60,306 nucleotides of DNA from Octopus bimaculoides (GCF_001194135.2 NC_068983.1:119651069-119711374), one strand, 5' to 3'. Positions 35,601 through 50,463 are shown, counted from the first letter of the stretch. Numbers and translations: made by a program. The notes: generated from the sequence alone by a model not told the origin.

Positions 35601-38600
35601 ATACAGGTTTAACCAAGTAATCAACTGTCCAAGATCAGAGGCTTACATACAGTGTATGCTGCCCAGGGCAGTTTTGTCTTTGCCTTTTCCCAAGTCCCTA
35701 AGCTCAATACAGGCATATATAGCAAACTCAAAAGTGCCATCCATACTTCATGATACCTGCTATGCAACAAAGAAGTTATACAACAATGAAGGCGATACTT
35801 TACAGCTTGAACATACTTAGGTTTAAAGACATTCTGGACATAACTATCTTATGTTTTATATATATTCAAGACTACATTGTGTCCTTCCATGTCTAATGTC
35901 ACCTTCCTTTAAAAAATATGAGAGAAATTTAGTGCTATTCTTGCAGATCAAGCTTTTGTGTAGATTCTTCTATTGGCTCATCTGAACATTTGTAGATTCC
36001 AGTCATGGTCACATTAGAGACAGGCTAGTTTAACTTGGTCAGCAGCAACAGCTACTTCTCTTTTGATTTTACTGATTTACATTTCAGCATGGATGCTACT
36101 GCTATTTTATGTGTATGTGGTTACTGTGTTTGTGCTCATGAAATGGGAGAGAATTGTATTAAGATGACATTGTTGTAGTGTTTGGAGTGCTGTAGGTGTG
36201 TCACATTTTTGCATGGGTTTGTTCATGCAGTGACTCAGACTGTGAGGGTTAAAACAAAATCAAATTGTGGCTTTTGTATATCTAAAGTGTTTTTCATTTT
36301 TAATATTCTTTGTTTTGTTCTGAAAGTAGTCTGTGGGTGTGGTTTATGTTATTTGTAGTTCATGATTTGTTTAAAAGCCATGATAGGACTGGCAAAATCC
36401 ATGTTGGATTGATTGTATTGTTTGAACACTAGTACTATTTCTTTGCTTGCTACTATTTTGTTTCTTAACTATGTTTTATATGTTCTGTAACTGTTCTAGG
36501 TGTGTATATAATTCTAAGTATTTGTTTCTTTTGTATATGTGTAGTGCATTTATACTGTGATGGTTGGAAGTGATTTATGTTCTCAGTGTTGTTGCTATGA
36601 GGGAGATGATGGATTTGACAAATACAACTAAGTCTGTTGTTTTGGAACCAAGTTCTCAGGAGTCTGATGCCGGGCTGGAGAAATTAATTGTACAACTGTG
36701 TCTGGATGATAGAAGGAAGATGTAAATGGAATGTTATCTGAGTATGAGGCTGTATATATGTTTTATGGAGGAATATGATGGTTGGATAGATATATGTTGA
36801 AAAATGCAATAGCAAAATCAGATCATTGTGCTTTTGCAGATTCTAGATAAATTACTGTTGTAAAGTATATAGGCTTGTGACCTGAGAGGCAGTTTGTTCA
36901 TTAGTGTTTTATGTTGTTTCTTGAGAAGGTGTTGGGTATTTGTGCACAAATGTGCTGTCAGGGATGGCATTGAAAGCTTTTCTGGTGCTAATGGTTGTTA
37001 GAATGTTGCTTGTTGAAGCCATGACACATTTTTTGCATATAGTGTGGTCATTGAATGTAGTCATCTGAATCTGTTGTGATTTGTAGAAAGGAAGATCCGA
37101 GGTATTGATATCAAAGAAGAGACATTGTAAAATAGCTGAGGATGAGCATAAAAGTATGTAGCACTTTAGGATCCTGAAGAGTGAGAAACTAAACTATATT
37201 TCTTGCAAGTCTCCTTTCCAACTTCCACTTCTCTTGACAAAGAATCGAAGAGACCAAATTCTAAATCCTGTCAATCTGTAGCTTATACTGAAGCTGTTAT
37301 TATTACAATGATATTAGCTGCAAATCAACCTTGTCAAAACTGAGAGCATCACTACAGATAAGACACAGCCAAATCTGGGCATAGCAATTTATGGCAGACC
37401 TATAAAACAGGTAGTGTAATTTGTCTATCTAGGGCATAACTATTAGCTTCAAACAGCAACAAGATTGTTGGCTACTACAGAATTGCAGGTGCCACTTAAA
37501 AAGCATCCACACTGTACTTATGTATGGATTAGATTGTGTCATCTGATCTCAAATATGCAACTTCAAAAACTGAAGTATTTAAAAACAATGTCATGAAATT
37601 TATAACTGAGAAACACATGACTGACAAAGTTAAAATGCTAAGTCTATGAAAAGTGGCACAACTACAATAAATTTCAATTAGCTTTTAGTAAAGTTAAAAG
37701 CAACTCACTAAAACTGTTAACATTTGGAAAGAGGAATAAGAATGTCCCCAAGAGCAGATGGAAAGTGAAAATCCTAAATATTCTATGTCAACCATAAGCA
37801 GAATTCAATATAATGATATTGAGCTAGGATAAATGGAGAAAATATGTTCATGATGTTTTGTATTCAGTTTCAAATACAAATAGTAACTAATGATGCACAC
37901 AAGCACAAGACCATGTGAGATGATATTGCTTTTATTTCAAGGTACAAGTTCATGATTTTATCCATTGGGCATCCAGTGAAAAAAGGAAGGTCACTGTCAT
38001 CTTCTATGTGGAACATATGTATACTTTTGTTGTGTGTTGTCTTTTTTTGCATTATTTTTGATAGCTGATTTTCAAGAAATCTGATAAGGTCATTAGTATA
38101 GTTTTGAATGACGGGTATATTATTTGAGATTGTTATTGGCAGTATGATGTGGATGTTGTTTCTATTGATGTTACCACTAACAGCTGTGTATTTTGTTCTA
38201 TTTTATGCAGAATCTTCACTTTTAGATTTTAACAATGCTTCATGCTTAACTCAAAACATTTAATGCAGGTTTTCTCAAATGATGTGTCATAGATTATTAG
38301 AAATATACAATCAAAGGTTTTAGAAAATCCATCTTTATGTTATAGAAAATAAATATTAATCTTTCAGAAAATCTATATTAATGCACGCTCATAATTTTGT
38401 CATTCATATACAGGTATAATTAATGAAATACAGTAACAGATTTCTATATTTTACCTAATTTTTAACTTCATAACATAGTTTTGTTCAAATTTGTATGTAA
38501 AGTGCTGCAGTGAATATTTTTCTATTTAGTTTTCTAGTGTACCATGAAACCAAAAAGATTGTGAGCCACTTACTCATCATATTTACTTGTTACAACAGTC

Positions 38601-41600
38601 TTCAGTAATGAATATTTATCACAAGGCCAGTTTCCTAACCATAACAACGATTGAATTAATTAGCATGTCCAGCCATTACTAAGACCACAGGTGAAATTTG
38701 AGGGATATTTTAGTTGCTTTTTCTTGTCGGTCAAACGACAATGTAAAGGTTTTTATTGTTGACCCGAGTTTCTATTTGTGTCACTTTTCAGTTCCAGATA
38801 ATTCTAATTTTAGTTTGTTTGTTCCATGGGATAGTCACTAATTGCACTTATTATGAGATTCAATTAACCATTAAATTAGCAATTAATGTCTGTTAAAACA
38901 ATATCCTGCATCATCTAATTAACTTATGCAGCCAAATATAAGTTGATAAGTTGTGTTCAGTCATTAATAGATTCCAAATGTTTTATGCTCTTTGCCTCTT
39001 CGACACTAATCCAGAGTGGGTCATATCCTACTATGGAAGATAAATAACACAAAGAATTCAAAGGCAGTGGTAACACTAAATCTAACCTCTTCTTGGATAA
39101 GCTTTCATTTTCACCACCTCCTTTCTCTATCTTAGCCCTATCTCTGAGAGTGAGAATGTTAACATTCACTTTTTTTAGAACCACTGCAATGAAGTAATTT
39201 GTTCATCTATGAAACCATAGGCTTGAATCTGATCCTTGCCTTGGAAAATTGAATAAAAGTATTCTGCAGTTGTTTCAAATTTATTCACATGCCATAATGA
39301 AACTCTGTTTTGCTGTGGCAAAGGACATTTGTCCTGTTTTTAACAAAGGTTGCCAGTATGACAGAGTCATCAAATTAGCCAAACATTTGGCTTCAACCAT
39401 TTTGGGCCAGTCTATGAGATCTCTATATTCTTTAAAACTACTCAATTGCTTCTTGGTTCATATTTCTGCTCTATTACTTTATATTCTGCAGTACTTTTAC
39501 GATGACCACTGTGATCTTCATTTGTAACAAAATGCCAACAGTGTGTTGAATAATTTTAGAAAGTGGCTCCACAGATATGTTCTATTACTAATTTCATCAG
39601 TGCCTCATAGTTTTGTTTCAGTTGTAGATGTTAACAAACTTGGCATTGTAAAATAGTTTGATGACTTTTGACATTTAGAAATTTAATCAAATTGCTTTTC
39701 CTTGAGTTTGTATTTAGGGTATGCACTTAAGTACTTTCATAAACTCATTGCTATTCCTTTTTGGTCTTCACCTTTGTAAAAAATGAAGGAAATGTCCTTA
39801 GCCACATCAAGTCAGCACTTGATTATGCTGGGGGATTTAGAGTGAAACATGTGCAGAATACTTTATTCAAGTTTCCAAGTCAAGTATCAGATTCAAATGT
39901 ATGGAACAGAAGTGTTCACTAACAGAATAAAAACATTAAAGAAAATGCTCATTATGTTATTGCCAGTAAATTGATAATAAATTGCCAGTAAATTGATAAT
40001 ACGTCAAGTTCTTTAATTTCTCTGTTTTAGCCATAATGATTAAGTTCATACTGGAGCAACATGTAAGCAAATATCTTTCTCTGGCTTATTTATATATTCT
40101 CTGGCACCAGAGTATTCAACATGTAAATGACTTTATTCATAGCAAATGATACTTATAAAAAATTAACAATGTTTTTATGACACATTTGTGACACTTGAGA
40201 CTTTTTGAGACATTTAATTATTCCTCATGTGGTTAATTTTTTTATTGATTGACATTTATGATACTTTGTCAATGATCTACAATTTAACTCTGCTAGCCAA
40301 GATGTTCATCTGGTCTTGCATTATATTTTAAACTACATTGATTAGGGAATCAAATCAAAGACATAATTAACATATTGAAATAATGTTATGAATAATTACA
40401 ACAGTCATGGGCAAATTACAGCCCACAGGACTTTCTGACTGGTACACCTAATGAAAGATTACCCTGAAATTTTTAGCAGTGCAGCCTGCCTAATGATAAA
40501 GCATGTTACATGTAACCCCATTCTCCAAAATATGTTGCCCATGCCTGATCTATAATACATTAAAATATCTATAAGAGAATTTACAAAACATTGCATTTCC
40601 CTGAACCCTGCCTGTACATTAGTTACCTATACATTCTTTGACCTGTCTACTCATGCAGATAATTCTTTTGAGACAGATAGTGTTATCTGCCAAACTGACC
40701 ATAGTAAGGGTTAGGTCCTTGAGGTAAAATACTAAGTTTTGTATGAGATTTGAGAAAGTATTGTTGATTAGTCTGAACCATCTCAGGGTGGTGGAAAACA
40801 AATTTGATTTTTATCTTGGCTTAAACTACAGAAGGTCAGAGCGAGGGAAAGTTAAATGGCAATGTTGTAATTTCTGTCTACCTATGTCTTTTGAAAAACC
40901 TTCTCCACACATGTGCACACATGTACATGCTGACACACACACACACACCATCATCATCATTTTCACAGTTTTTTCTCATGTCAACTCTTTTAATCATCTC
41001 TTACTTCATGCAGGGTTACAGAATACCTATTAAAATAACCAGAAAACACACAGATAATACATGTGCATGGTTACACATGCACATATGCACACACACACAA
41101 TTTCAAGCTGAAAAATGCAGTATCCATTCCTCCTAGCATGTACACACGTGTATATATGCATGGGATACATGGATGCAGAGATGGCCAATGGGTTACGAAG
41201 TCCATTTTGCAATTGAGCAGTCTCAGGCTTGATCTAAAGCACAGCAACCCAAGTGCTTATCTGACCCCACAGCCTGAAGTAATCATATTGTGGAGCATTC
41301 TCAGAGACTTCAAAGAGTATTTAACATGTAAATGACTTTATTCATAGCAAATGATACTTATAACTATTTAACAATATTTTTATGACACATTTGTGACACT
41401 TAAGACTTCGACAAGGACATGTGTTATCCTCATTGGAGAAAATGTGAAAAAGAAGGGAATATGTTACAATACTGTTTAATCCATCCACAAGGTAGCAGAA
41501 TTGGTAGTGCAAAGAAAAGAATGCTATGTCATATTTAGTTACATCTTTAAATTTTCTGTGCTCAAACTTTGACCAAACATGAACTGAAGGATTCATTTGA

Positions 41601-44367
41601 CAACATCTTCACAAAAACTTTGTGTTAGAAATCATTAACTCTGTCTAAAGCATTTCCATGTGTTTGTTGTAAATATCCATGTATATTTTCAGACTTTTAG
41701 TTAGCCTTTATTTCATATGTTCCAAGTAATATAAAGCTTTCTTTTCAAAAAGCCCAAATAACTCTGATGGTTGAAAGAAATTGCAAATGTGTGTCATATA
41801 TGATGCATGGACACCAGAGAAATATACCATCTGTACCACATGTGATGCACAGGACAGACAATGGGTTAAGATGATGAAATTTACTCAAATGAATAAAGAG
41901 AATATGTAAACAGAGCATCAAATATATGTATACATACCTCATTAAAATAAACTGTTCTCTTCTCAAATTTATCTTTTGGTAAACTGTTGCCTTTAATTGT
42001 AACGGTGCCAATTTCCTGGTCTACTGTGTAGTTTGCTTCCATCAAAGTGATTTCTGAAAGAGCCAAAGAAGACAATAATGTATGAACAAGGATTAAAAAG
42101 AAATGCTTTGTGACTAGAGTTTATTTTTTGTCTTACTTTTTGCTTGTTTCAGTCATTGGACTATGGCCATGCTGGAACACTGCCTGGATGGGTTTTAGTT
42201 GAACAAATTGCATCCAGTATTGTTTTTCTTCCTTTAATCTGGTAACTATTCGATGGGTTTCTTTTGCCAAAGTGTTAAGTTACAAGGACCTTAACAAACT
42301 ACCAGCAGTTGTCAAGCAGTGAGATCATGCACACATGCGCACATGCATGCGACACACACACACACGTGTAGTAGGTTTTCACAGTTTCTGTCAATGAAAT
42401 TTGCTCACAAGGCATTTGCCCAATGAAATTTACTCAGAAGACATTTGCCCAAGGTGCTGCACAGTGAGACTGAGCCCAAAACCATGTGGTTGCAAAGCAA
42501 GCTTCTTCACCACACAGCCAAGTCTGTTTATAATTTGATAAGATATGTGAGTTTGATTAAATTGAAAATGGGATTTTTAAGTGATTGAAATTGCTTAAAG
42601 TTTATCTTTCTCTCCCTACACTTCTTATATCTTCGATTTTTCCTGTCCACCACCGCCTAAAATACATTGACAACAGGACCAAGTTATTAATTCATTCTTT
42701 TCCTGTAGTAGGCTTGGTAGGTAACTGTTAGTTTATGAAAACTATTGGATGTTCAAATAATGCTTGGTTCTATACCTCAGGGCTATCTTTAAACAATTAC
42801 ACTGTGTAACATGACTTTTGTCCTTAGGTAGCAACTGTTACTTCCTATTTGCTTACTCCTAGAAAGTATGAAAAATGGCTAATATTTCCTTCAAACTTTG
42901 CTTTTGTTACATTTATTCAAACCCCAAAGAATCCCCCTCAACACATGGCTATGATGATTCCCCACTACTCCTGCTCATGATCAGAGATGCACATATTGTC
43001 AACCATTAAGGGACATGTTCAAGTGATTACAGTCAAGCAACTGACAAGCAAATCTGTGATATTGAGCAGAATATCTGCTATAACAATATTTCTGCTTCAG
43101 CAACTCAGAACTGAATCTTTCTGAAATGTAATGAAAAATAGATCAGTTTCAAAACAGGTCATAAAAACAAAATTTGAAGGGAATAGTAGTGATTTCCTTT
43201 GATTTCTCAGTGGAAGCAAATAGGAAATAACACTTACTGACTAAAGACAAACAAACCCCCAAATTTTGTTACACAATGTGGTGCACCAGCATGACCGCAG
43301 CCACTTGGCTGAAACACATAAATAAATAAATAAATAAATGTTATCTGATAGAAGACTAAGTATTTGTTGTCTAAATATTAGTCGACAAAATGAATGTCCA
43401 CTTATTGAAAATCTACTAAAATGATAAGCAGTGTGTTTGCATCTGACTTTCATAGACATACTGATTAGTCATTTAGTCAGCTGGGCAGAATTGTTAGCAT
43501 GCCAGGCGAAATGCTTAGCGGTATTTCGTCTGTTTTTATGTTCTGAGTTCAAATTCCGCTGAGGTCGACTTTGCCTTTCATCCTTTTGGGGGTCAATAAA
43601 TTAAGTACCAGTTGCATACTGGGGTCGATCTAATTGACTGGCTCCCCTCCCCCAAAATTTCGGGCCTTGTGCCTAGAGTAGAGAAGATTTAGTCAGCTGA
43701 GTTGTGATACTTTTACTGTTTCCATATTTCTAGGAAATACAAGCATCTTATTTAGCTGAGTGAATATTAAATTGAAATGTATCCAAAATGATTTGGAGCA
43801 GAGAGCGAGACTGATGACTGGGGGATGCATCAAGTGGCTTCTAGCAGCAGAAGTCTGAACTGCAATGGGTTTGTCCCACAGAGAACGGTTCTGAATGCTT
43901 TTGGGTACCCTACCCCCTCATACACACACACACATAGCATACGAGAGGGTACCCAAAAATAACTGGAAGCATTCTCTGCAGAGTGGTTGGTAGGAAGAGC
44001 ATTCAGCTGTAAAAACTATGCCAAAACGGACACAGAAGTCTGGTGAAAGCTCTTGCCTTGCCAGACATTAAACGATGATGAAATATATATATACATTTTG
44101 ACTGTGGCCATACTGGAGCACCACGTTTAGTCGAACAATTCAACCCCAGGAGTAGTACTTATCCTATTGGTTCTCTTTTGCTGAACCATTAAGTTACGGG
44201 GATGTAAACACACCAACATCAGTTGTCAAGCAATGATGGGGGACCAAATGCAGACACACAAACATAATCATATATATATATATATATATATATGCATCTA
44301 TATATACATGTAGATGTAGGTATGTACATACATGTTCATATATATGCATATACTCACATATTATTTG

Positions 44368-44408
<41 letters not shown>

Positions 44409-44555
44409 ACGGGCTTCTTTCAGTTTCCATCTACCAAGTCCACTCACAAATCCACTTCTATAGTAGAAGACACTTGCCCAAGGTGCCACACAGTGGGACT
44501 GAACCTGGAACCATGGGGTTGGTAAGTAAGCTACTTACCACACCNNNNNNNNNNN

Positions 44556-44594
<39 letters not shown>

Positions 44595-47500
44595 ACGGGC
44601 TTCTTTCAGTTTCCATCTACCAAGTCCACTCACAAATCCACTTCTATAGTAGAAGACACTTGCCCAAGGTGCCACACAGTGGGACTGAACCTGGAACCAT
44701 GGGGTTGGTAAGTAAGCTACTTACCACACCGCCATTCCTGCACGAGCGAGATCGTTGCCAGTGCCCCTGGACTGGCTCTTGTGCGGGTGGCACATAAAAT
44801 ACACCATTTTGTGCGTGGCCGTTGCCAGTACCGCCTGACTGGCCTTCGTGCGGGTGACACGTAAAAGCACCCACTACACTCTCTGAGTGGTTGGCGTTAG
44901 GAAGGGCCTCCAGCTGTAGAAACTCTGCCAAATCAGATTGGAACCTGGTGTAGCCATCTGGTTTCACCAGTCCTCAGTCAAATCGTCCAACCCATGCTAG
45001 CATGGAAAGCGGACGTTAAACGATGATGATGATGATGATATTGTCACACCCCATTTATCAGCAACTATTATTTTGTTTTATAATCTTTCTCTAGTATAAA
45101 TTCATACATTTCCATTGTAATTAATTTCCTTACAGTCAATTTCTTTTGTGGCTGGTTACATTTTTGATAACCAATGGTGCGATATATACTTTTTACATAT
45201 GAAAAAATACCCCCACGTATTAACGAATGTCCTTAGAGTCCCTGTCTTTTAAGTTACACTGCATGCACTACATTTGCAATTACAGAAGTTTTGTATACAT
45301 ATATATGATGAATGTCATTCAGTTTCTGTCTATCATATCCACTCACATGGCTTTGATTGACCAGAAGCCGTAGAAGAAGACACTTGCCCAAAGTACCACA
45401 CAGTGGGACTGAACCAGGAACCATGTAGCTGGAAAGCAAATTTCTTAACACACAGCCATGCTTAAAAAAATAGCTGCAGAATTTCCCTCAAATTACACTT
45501 TACCACTTTAAAAAAGAGTCGATTGGAATTTGTAGTTCTAAATACACGCTGTCAGGAAAAAGAGTTATGGACTGGTCAGAACTACATCTTAGATCATAAG
45601 CTTGTTTGATTAGTGTTGAGCTGGAACTTGCAATAGCAACAACAACAGCCAAATCTCCCTTAAATCACACCCAGTCATCTTATAAAAGGGAAAGACACAC
45701 TGACAAATGTAGCTCTACATATACAAAAAAGATGGGATGGTGATAAGTAGAATGCCTTTGATCAAAGATGGCACAATCAAAGATGACTTGCTGTTAAGCA
45801 AAATGGACAACATACACTCGTGTATATACTCCGGTGATTACGTATAAGCCTGAACATGTAATGGTCAGAAGAAACAGTGAGTTTGTCTACTTCAGCAAAG
45901 AAACAGCAATAGATATAAAAAAATACATTACTTACGGAGATTGAAGCTGACATTTGGATCATGTAGAAAAAGAAAGGATTCATTCCAAACTGGGTTTACG
46001 TTATTGTCTATAGTACTGGTGCATTTCCGTCCTGCTGGAGCAGATTTTATCGTTAAAACAACATATGGATCAGGTGTGTCAACTGAAATAAAATATATAA
46101 AAGATAAATAAAAACGCTACATAAACAAGAATATGATATTTTAGACTTAGAGACTTTGAAGTACGATGTCCTTAATTATGATGCCTTACACAACGATGTT
46201 TAAAACTGTGATGTTTTGACAACTGATACATTTTAGATATTTCATAACGATGTTTTTTTTAAAAAAAAACTGTGATGTCCTCAAATACGAGGTCTTAAGC
46301 TATGATGTCTTACATTATGCTTCTTTAAACTGCAATATCCCAAAACTTCGATATTCCTCTTTATTTCCTTTATCACTGTTGTATTCAATTTCCGCCAATG
46401 GAAAGTTACAGTCATCAAGCTGCATGTATCATTGATCAGAATATAATTAAAACTTCATATTTTGTGTTTCCACATACCCCCTGTATCTGTCTCCTCATTT
46501 TCTGTTTGTATTTAGATGTCTTGTTTGTGTATGCATGCACGTACAGACAGTCACACATACACATTTATTCATTCTTTCTCTCTAATTTTTTATCAACTTA
46601 TGCAACTATATATATATGTATATCCATTCTCGGAGAATGGCATTGCAAGCACAAAGATTGCAATAATGTAGATACTAGAACACCTGGTATCAGACATTAC
46701 TGGAAGATCACAAATGCATAAGGTCTACTTGGACAAGAGCAGAAATAACTGAGGTAAATTGGCAATGTCTCACAACGTTGGATGCATTAATTTTACAACT
46801 ATTTATAGGTACAAGAAAAACTATTATGTTAGCTATAATTCCTATAATGATTGCTACAGCATTAACTAAAATAAAAGATTCAAGTTAGTGTGTATAAACT
46901 TACAGAAGTCATATGCCCATCCTTTGGAGACATTTCTGGCACACAGCACTTTGACATATAACAACAGACATGCTTTTTGCTCGACCTTCAAAAGAACAAG
47001 AAATAAAAGAAAAGAAAGAATGTTAGTTCAGTTTATGAAATTGAAGAAAAGCTAAGATGTCAATACACATATCTAATAGAAAAATGAATTCATGTACATA
47101 GTTAACTTAAATAATTGTATACATTAACATAGTTAACTGACAGAACACACACACACACACACGTACACATACACACACATTAATGTTGTTTTTATGTTCA
47201 GTTATAATAAAAACAATTAATGTGAAGGTTACTTCAGAGTATGTAGCGAGACTAATTTCTATTATTGCATTTTTGAAAGCATGAAGTTGGCTTTGTAGAC
47301 TCATCGCACTAGTCTGTAGTGACTGGTTATAACATATCCATCATGTGAGTTTATTGGACACTTAGTGATCCCTGTGTTGTGATTAGTTGAGTGTCACACG
47401 CAAATTGGATCAAAGGTCCAATCACGTTGTGCATAATATATTTCAAACAACTAATCCTCTATGTGTTCTGGGGCCTACTTTCTTTCCATATATTAGTACT

Positions 47501-50414
47501 ACAAGTTATTTACAAGTCAGAGGGGTGAGAGTTTTTCATCAAGGCAAGTTGTGCAGATCCTGCTGTTTTCAGAGGAGAATTAATATCTAACGGACCCCCA
47601 TGCAACCAACAACCCAAGCTGAATTATCAAAATGATGAATGAACAACAACCAACAGAATGTAATGTTTCTTACTTTGCTCTACTGTACCACTTTACGAAG
47701 GAATAAAGTTCGACTATTATTTTAAAGCTGGTTTCTTTAGTTATTTCTACGAATTAATAGACAAGATATATTGTGCAGTGATATACATGATTCTTTAGTA
47801 AAACCAAGGGAGACTTTAATCATTATAAAAAAGCACAAATTTATTATCCTTTAGCAAGAATTGTACTGACAGTGACTTTGAAGCTTCGGCCAGCTAAGCC
47901 ATCACTCGATGATAGCTTAGTTGGCCAAAACTTCGAATTCTCTGTCAAAACTATTCTTGTGAAAGAATTACATATATATATANNNNNNNNNNNNNNNNNN
48001 NNNNNNNNNNNNNNNNNNNNNNNNNNNNNNNNNNNNNNNNNNNNNNNNNNNNNNNNNNNNNNNNNNNNNNNNNNNNNNNNNNNNNNNNNNNNNNNNNNNN
48101 NNNNNNNNNNNNNNNNNNNNNNNNNNNNNNNNNNNNNNNNNNNNNNNNNNNNNNNNNNNNNNNNNNNNNNNNNNNNNNNNNNNNNNNNNNNNNNNNNNNN
48201 NNNNNNNNNNNNNNNNNNNNNNNNNNNNNNNNNNNNNNNNNNNNNNNNNNNNNNNNNNNNNNNNNNNNNNNNNNNNNNNNNNNNNNNNNNNNNNNNNNNN
48301 NNNNNNNNNNNNNNNNNNNNNNNNNNNNNNNNNNNNNNNNNNNNNNNNNNNNNNNNNNNNNNNNNNNNNNNNNNNNNNNNNNNNNNNNNNNNNNNNNNNN
48401 NNNNNNNNNNNNNNNNNNNNNNNNNNNNNNNNNNNNNNNNNNNNNNNTATATATATATATATATTGATGATGATGATATATTTATATATGTATATAAATA
48501 TATGAATGAAGTGTTTAATGTTTAAGAATGAAATGAAGAAAGTGCAATAATAACATTCACACTCACTGATGGTCGCTCTCAGTAACTGCCTTTAGCTTAT
48601 GGAGTTCTTGTTTTTATAACTACCGAAAAGCAGCCAGAATGATAGACATTTTGTTGAGAACAAATGATTTCGTTGGAGATCTGTTATCTCCATTCCAGCA
48701 CCTGGTAGCCTAGACGAGGTTAGAAGGGTCAAGTGGCAAGGACATTATTCTGCTTAGTGAAGGCATCTTGGAAATGTATAACTGCTGTCATTCACAGAAA
48801 AAAGCTATTGTTTTACCATGAGAAAAGTGCTGTTGAAATGTGAAGTGAAATTTGGCAATCGAAGATCGAATCCATGCTATGTCTGCATGAAGCCACTACA
48901 AATACGTTGTGGAATAAAAAATTTATCTACTGTCATGAAAAAAGTGTAACTGTAAAAATGCTGAATTATCGGAGTAATGGGCATTAAAAAAAGTATGTAT
49001 GTCTAGAAATGTATGAATGAAGTCTTTGAAGTTTAAGATTCATATTAAAAAAGTGCAATAATGATGTTTAGCAGTTCAAAACTGAGTAGTGAAATGCAGA
49101 ATTAGGTCAGCTGATCATGAGAATCAAATATTGATCGCTTCACTAAAAACTTTAGGTGGTATGGACTATTTCCCTTGGGTTGTTTAAATAAAATATTAGT
49201 AATATGTAATAGATAGAAGGATCTATTGGAGAGGCCCTGTTATCGATTTTCTTTCAACAATCTAAGTATGTCATGAGATTTCCAGACATGAGTTCTACTC
49301 ACGTGTCAAGTTTCATCAAAATCAATAAAACGATGTAGGAGGAGTTAGCTAACAACGCCACAAACAAACACACACCGATTTTCCACATATGTAGTAGATA
49401 AAAGAGAGATTCTGTCCGTTTGTTTGTCCACCAAAATGAAAGTAAATGGTTCAAGGGAAGCTATCATGTATATGTATCTATCTATTATTATATATAAAAG
49501 AGTGATTCTGTTCGTTTGTTTGTCCCAAATTATGCAATGGTACAACATTAGTTGTGCACAAACCTATTAGGAACTGCACTGAGGCAAATATTCTCACTGG
49601 TTGTGGTAAAAGTGACACCGTCTTCGTTCCTTGCATACCAGTTACACCATCTAATGTCCCATTCCAATTTAAGCTGTTACACTTTCCTATCCCACTTTCT
49701 TTTGCCATGATTATTGATAAAACTCAGGGCCAAACACTAAAAGTTGTTGGATTGCAACTTGAAGAACAAACAGAAGTTCGTATATGAAATCCATCTTTTT
49801 TCTACTTCAATTATTACGTGTTTTTCTCTTACATAATGTACACATACAGGACGAGTAAACCTAAATTTGCAGTCGTAGTCTTATCCTGGTTCAGATTCGA
49901 AACTGAATCTTTCAATTCTCCTTGGGCACACAGCCTTTTCAAATGTCAGAAGAAACCGTGAAATGGGTCTTCCACTCCACCTGTAGCCATCGCACAGAAA
50001 CCTGGATTCTGGAAAGCTATTCTTCTATATGATATAGCTATTCTTTAGCTTCATTCACGTTCAAACTGAATCTTTCAATTCTCCTTTGGCATACTGCTTA
50101 TTCAAACGTCAAAAGGAACAGTAAGTAACAAATGGATGTTCCACTTCATCTGTANNNNNNNNNNNNNNNNNNNNNNNNNNNNNNNNNNNNNNNNNNNNNN
50201 NNNNNNNNNNNNNNNNNNNNNNNNNNNNNNNNNNNNNNNNNNNNNNNNNNNNNNNNNNNNNNNNNNNNNNNNNNNNNNNNNNNNNNNNNNNNNNNNNNNN
50301 NNNNNNNNNNNNNNNNNNNNNNNNNNNNNNNNNNNNNNNNNNNNNNNNNNNNNNNNNNNNNNNNNNNNNNNNNNNNNNNNNNNNNNNNNNNNNNNNNNNN
50401 NNNNNNNNNNNNNN

Positions 50415-50463
<49 letters not shown>

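Noticed and set aside
44406-44730. Apparent tandem SINE duplication
   Set aside because: Identical copies flank a short N gap, so this is most likely an assembly artefact.
47107-47304. [13 protein letters not shown]...YSE with a GAA|GTAACC donor as the first cPLA2 coding exon
   Set aside because: It has no similarity to the DPYQ N-terminus and a weak donor. The exon at 56053 has both the homology and a perfect donor.
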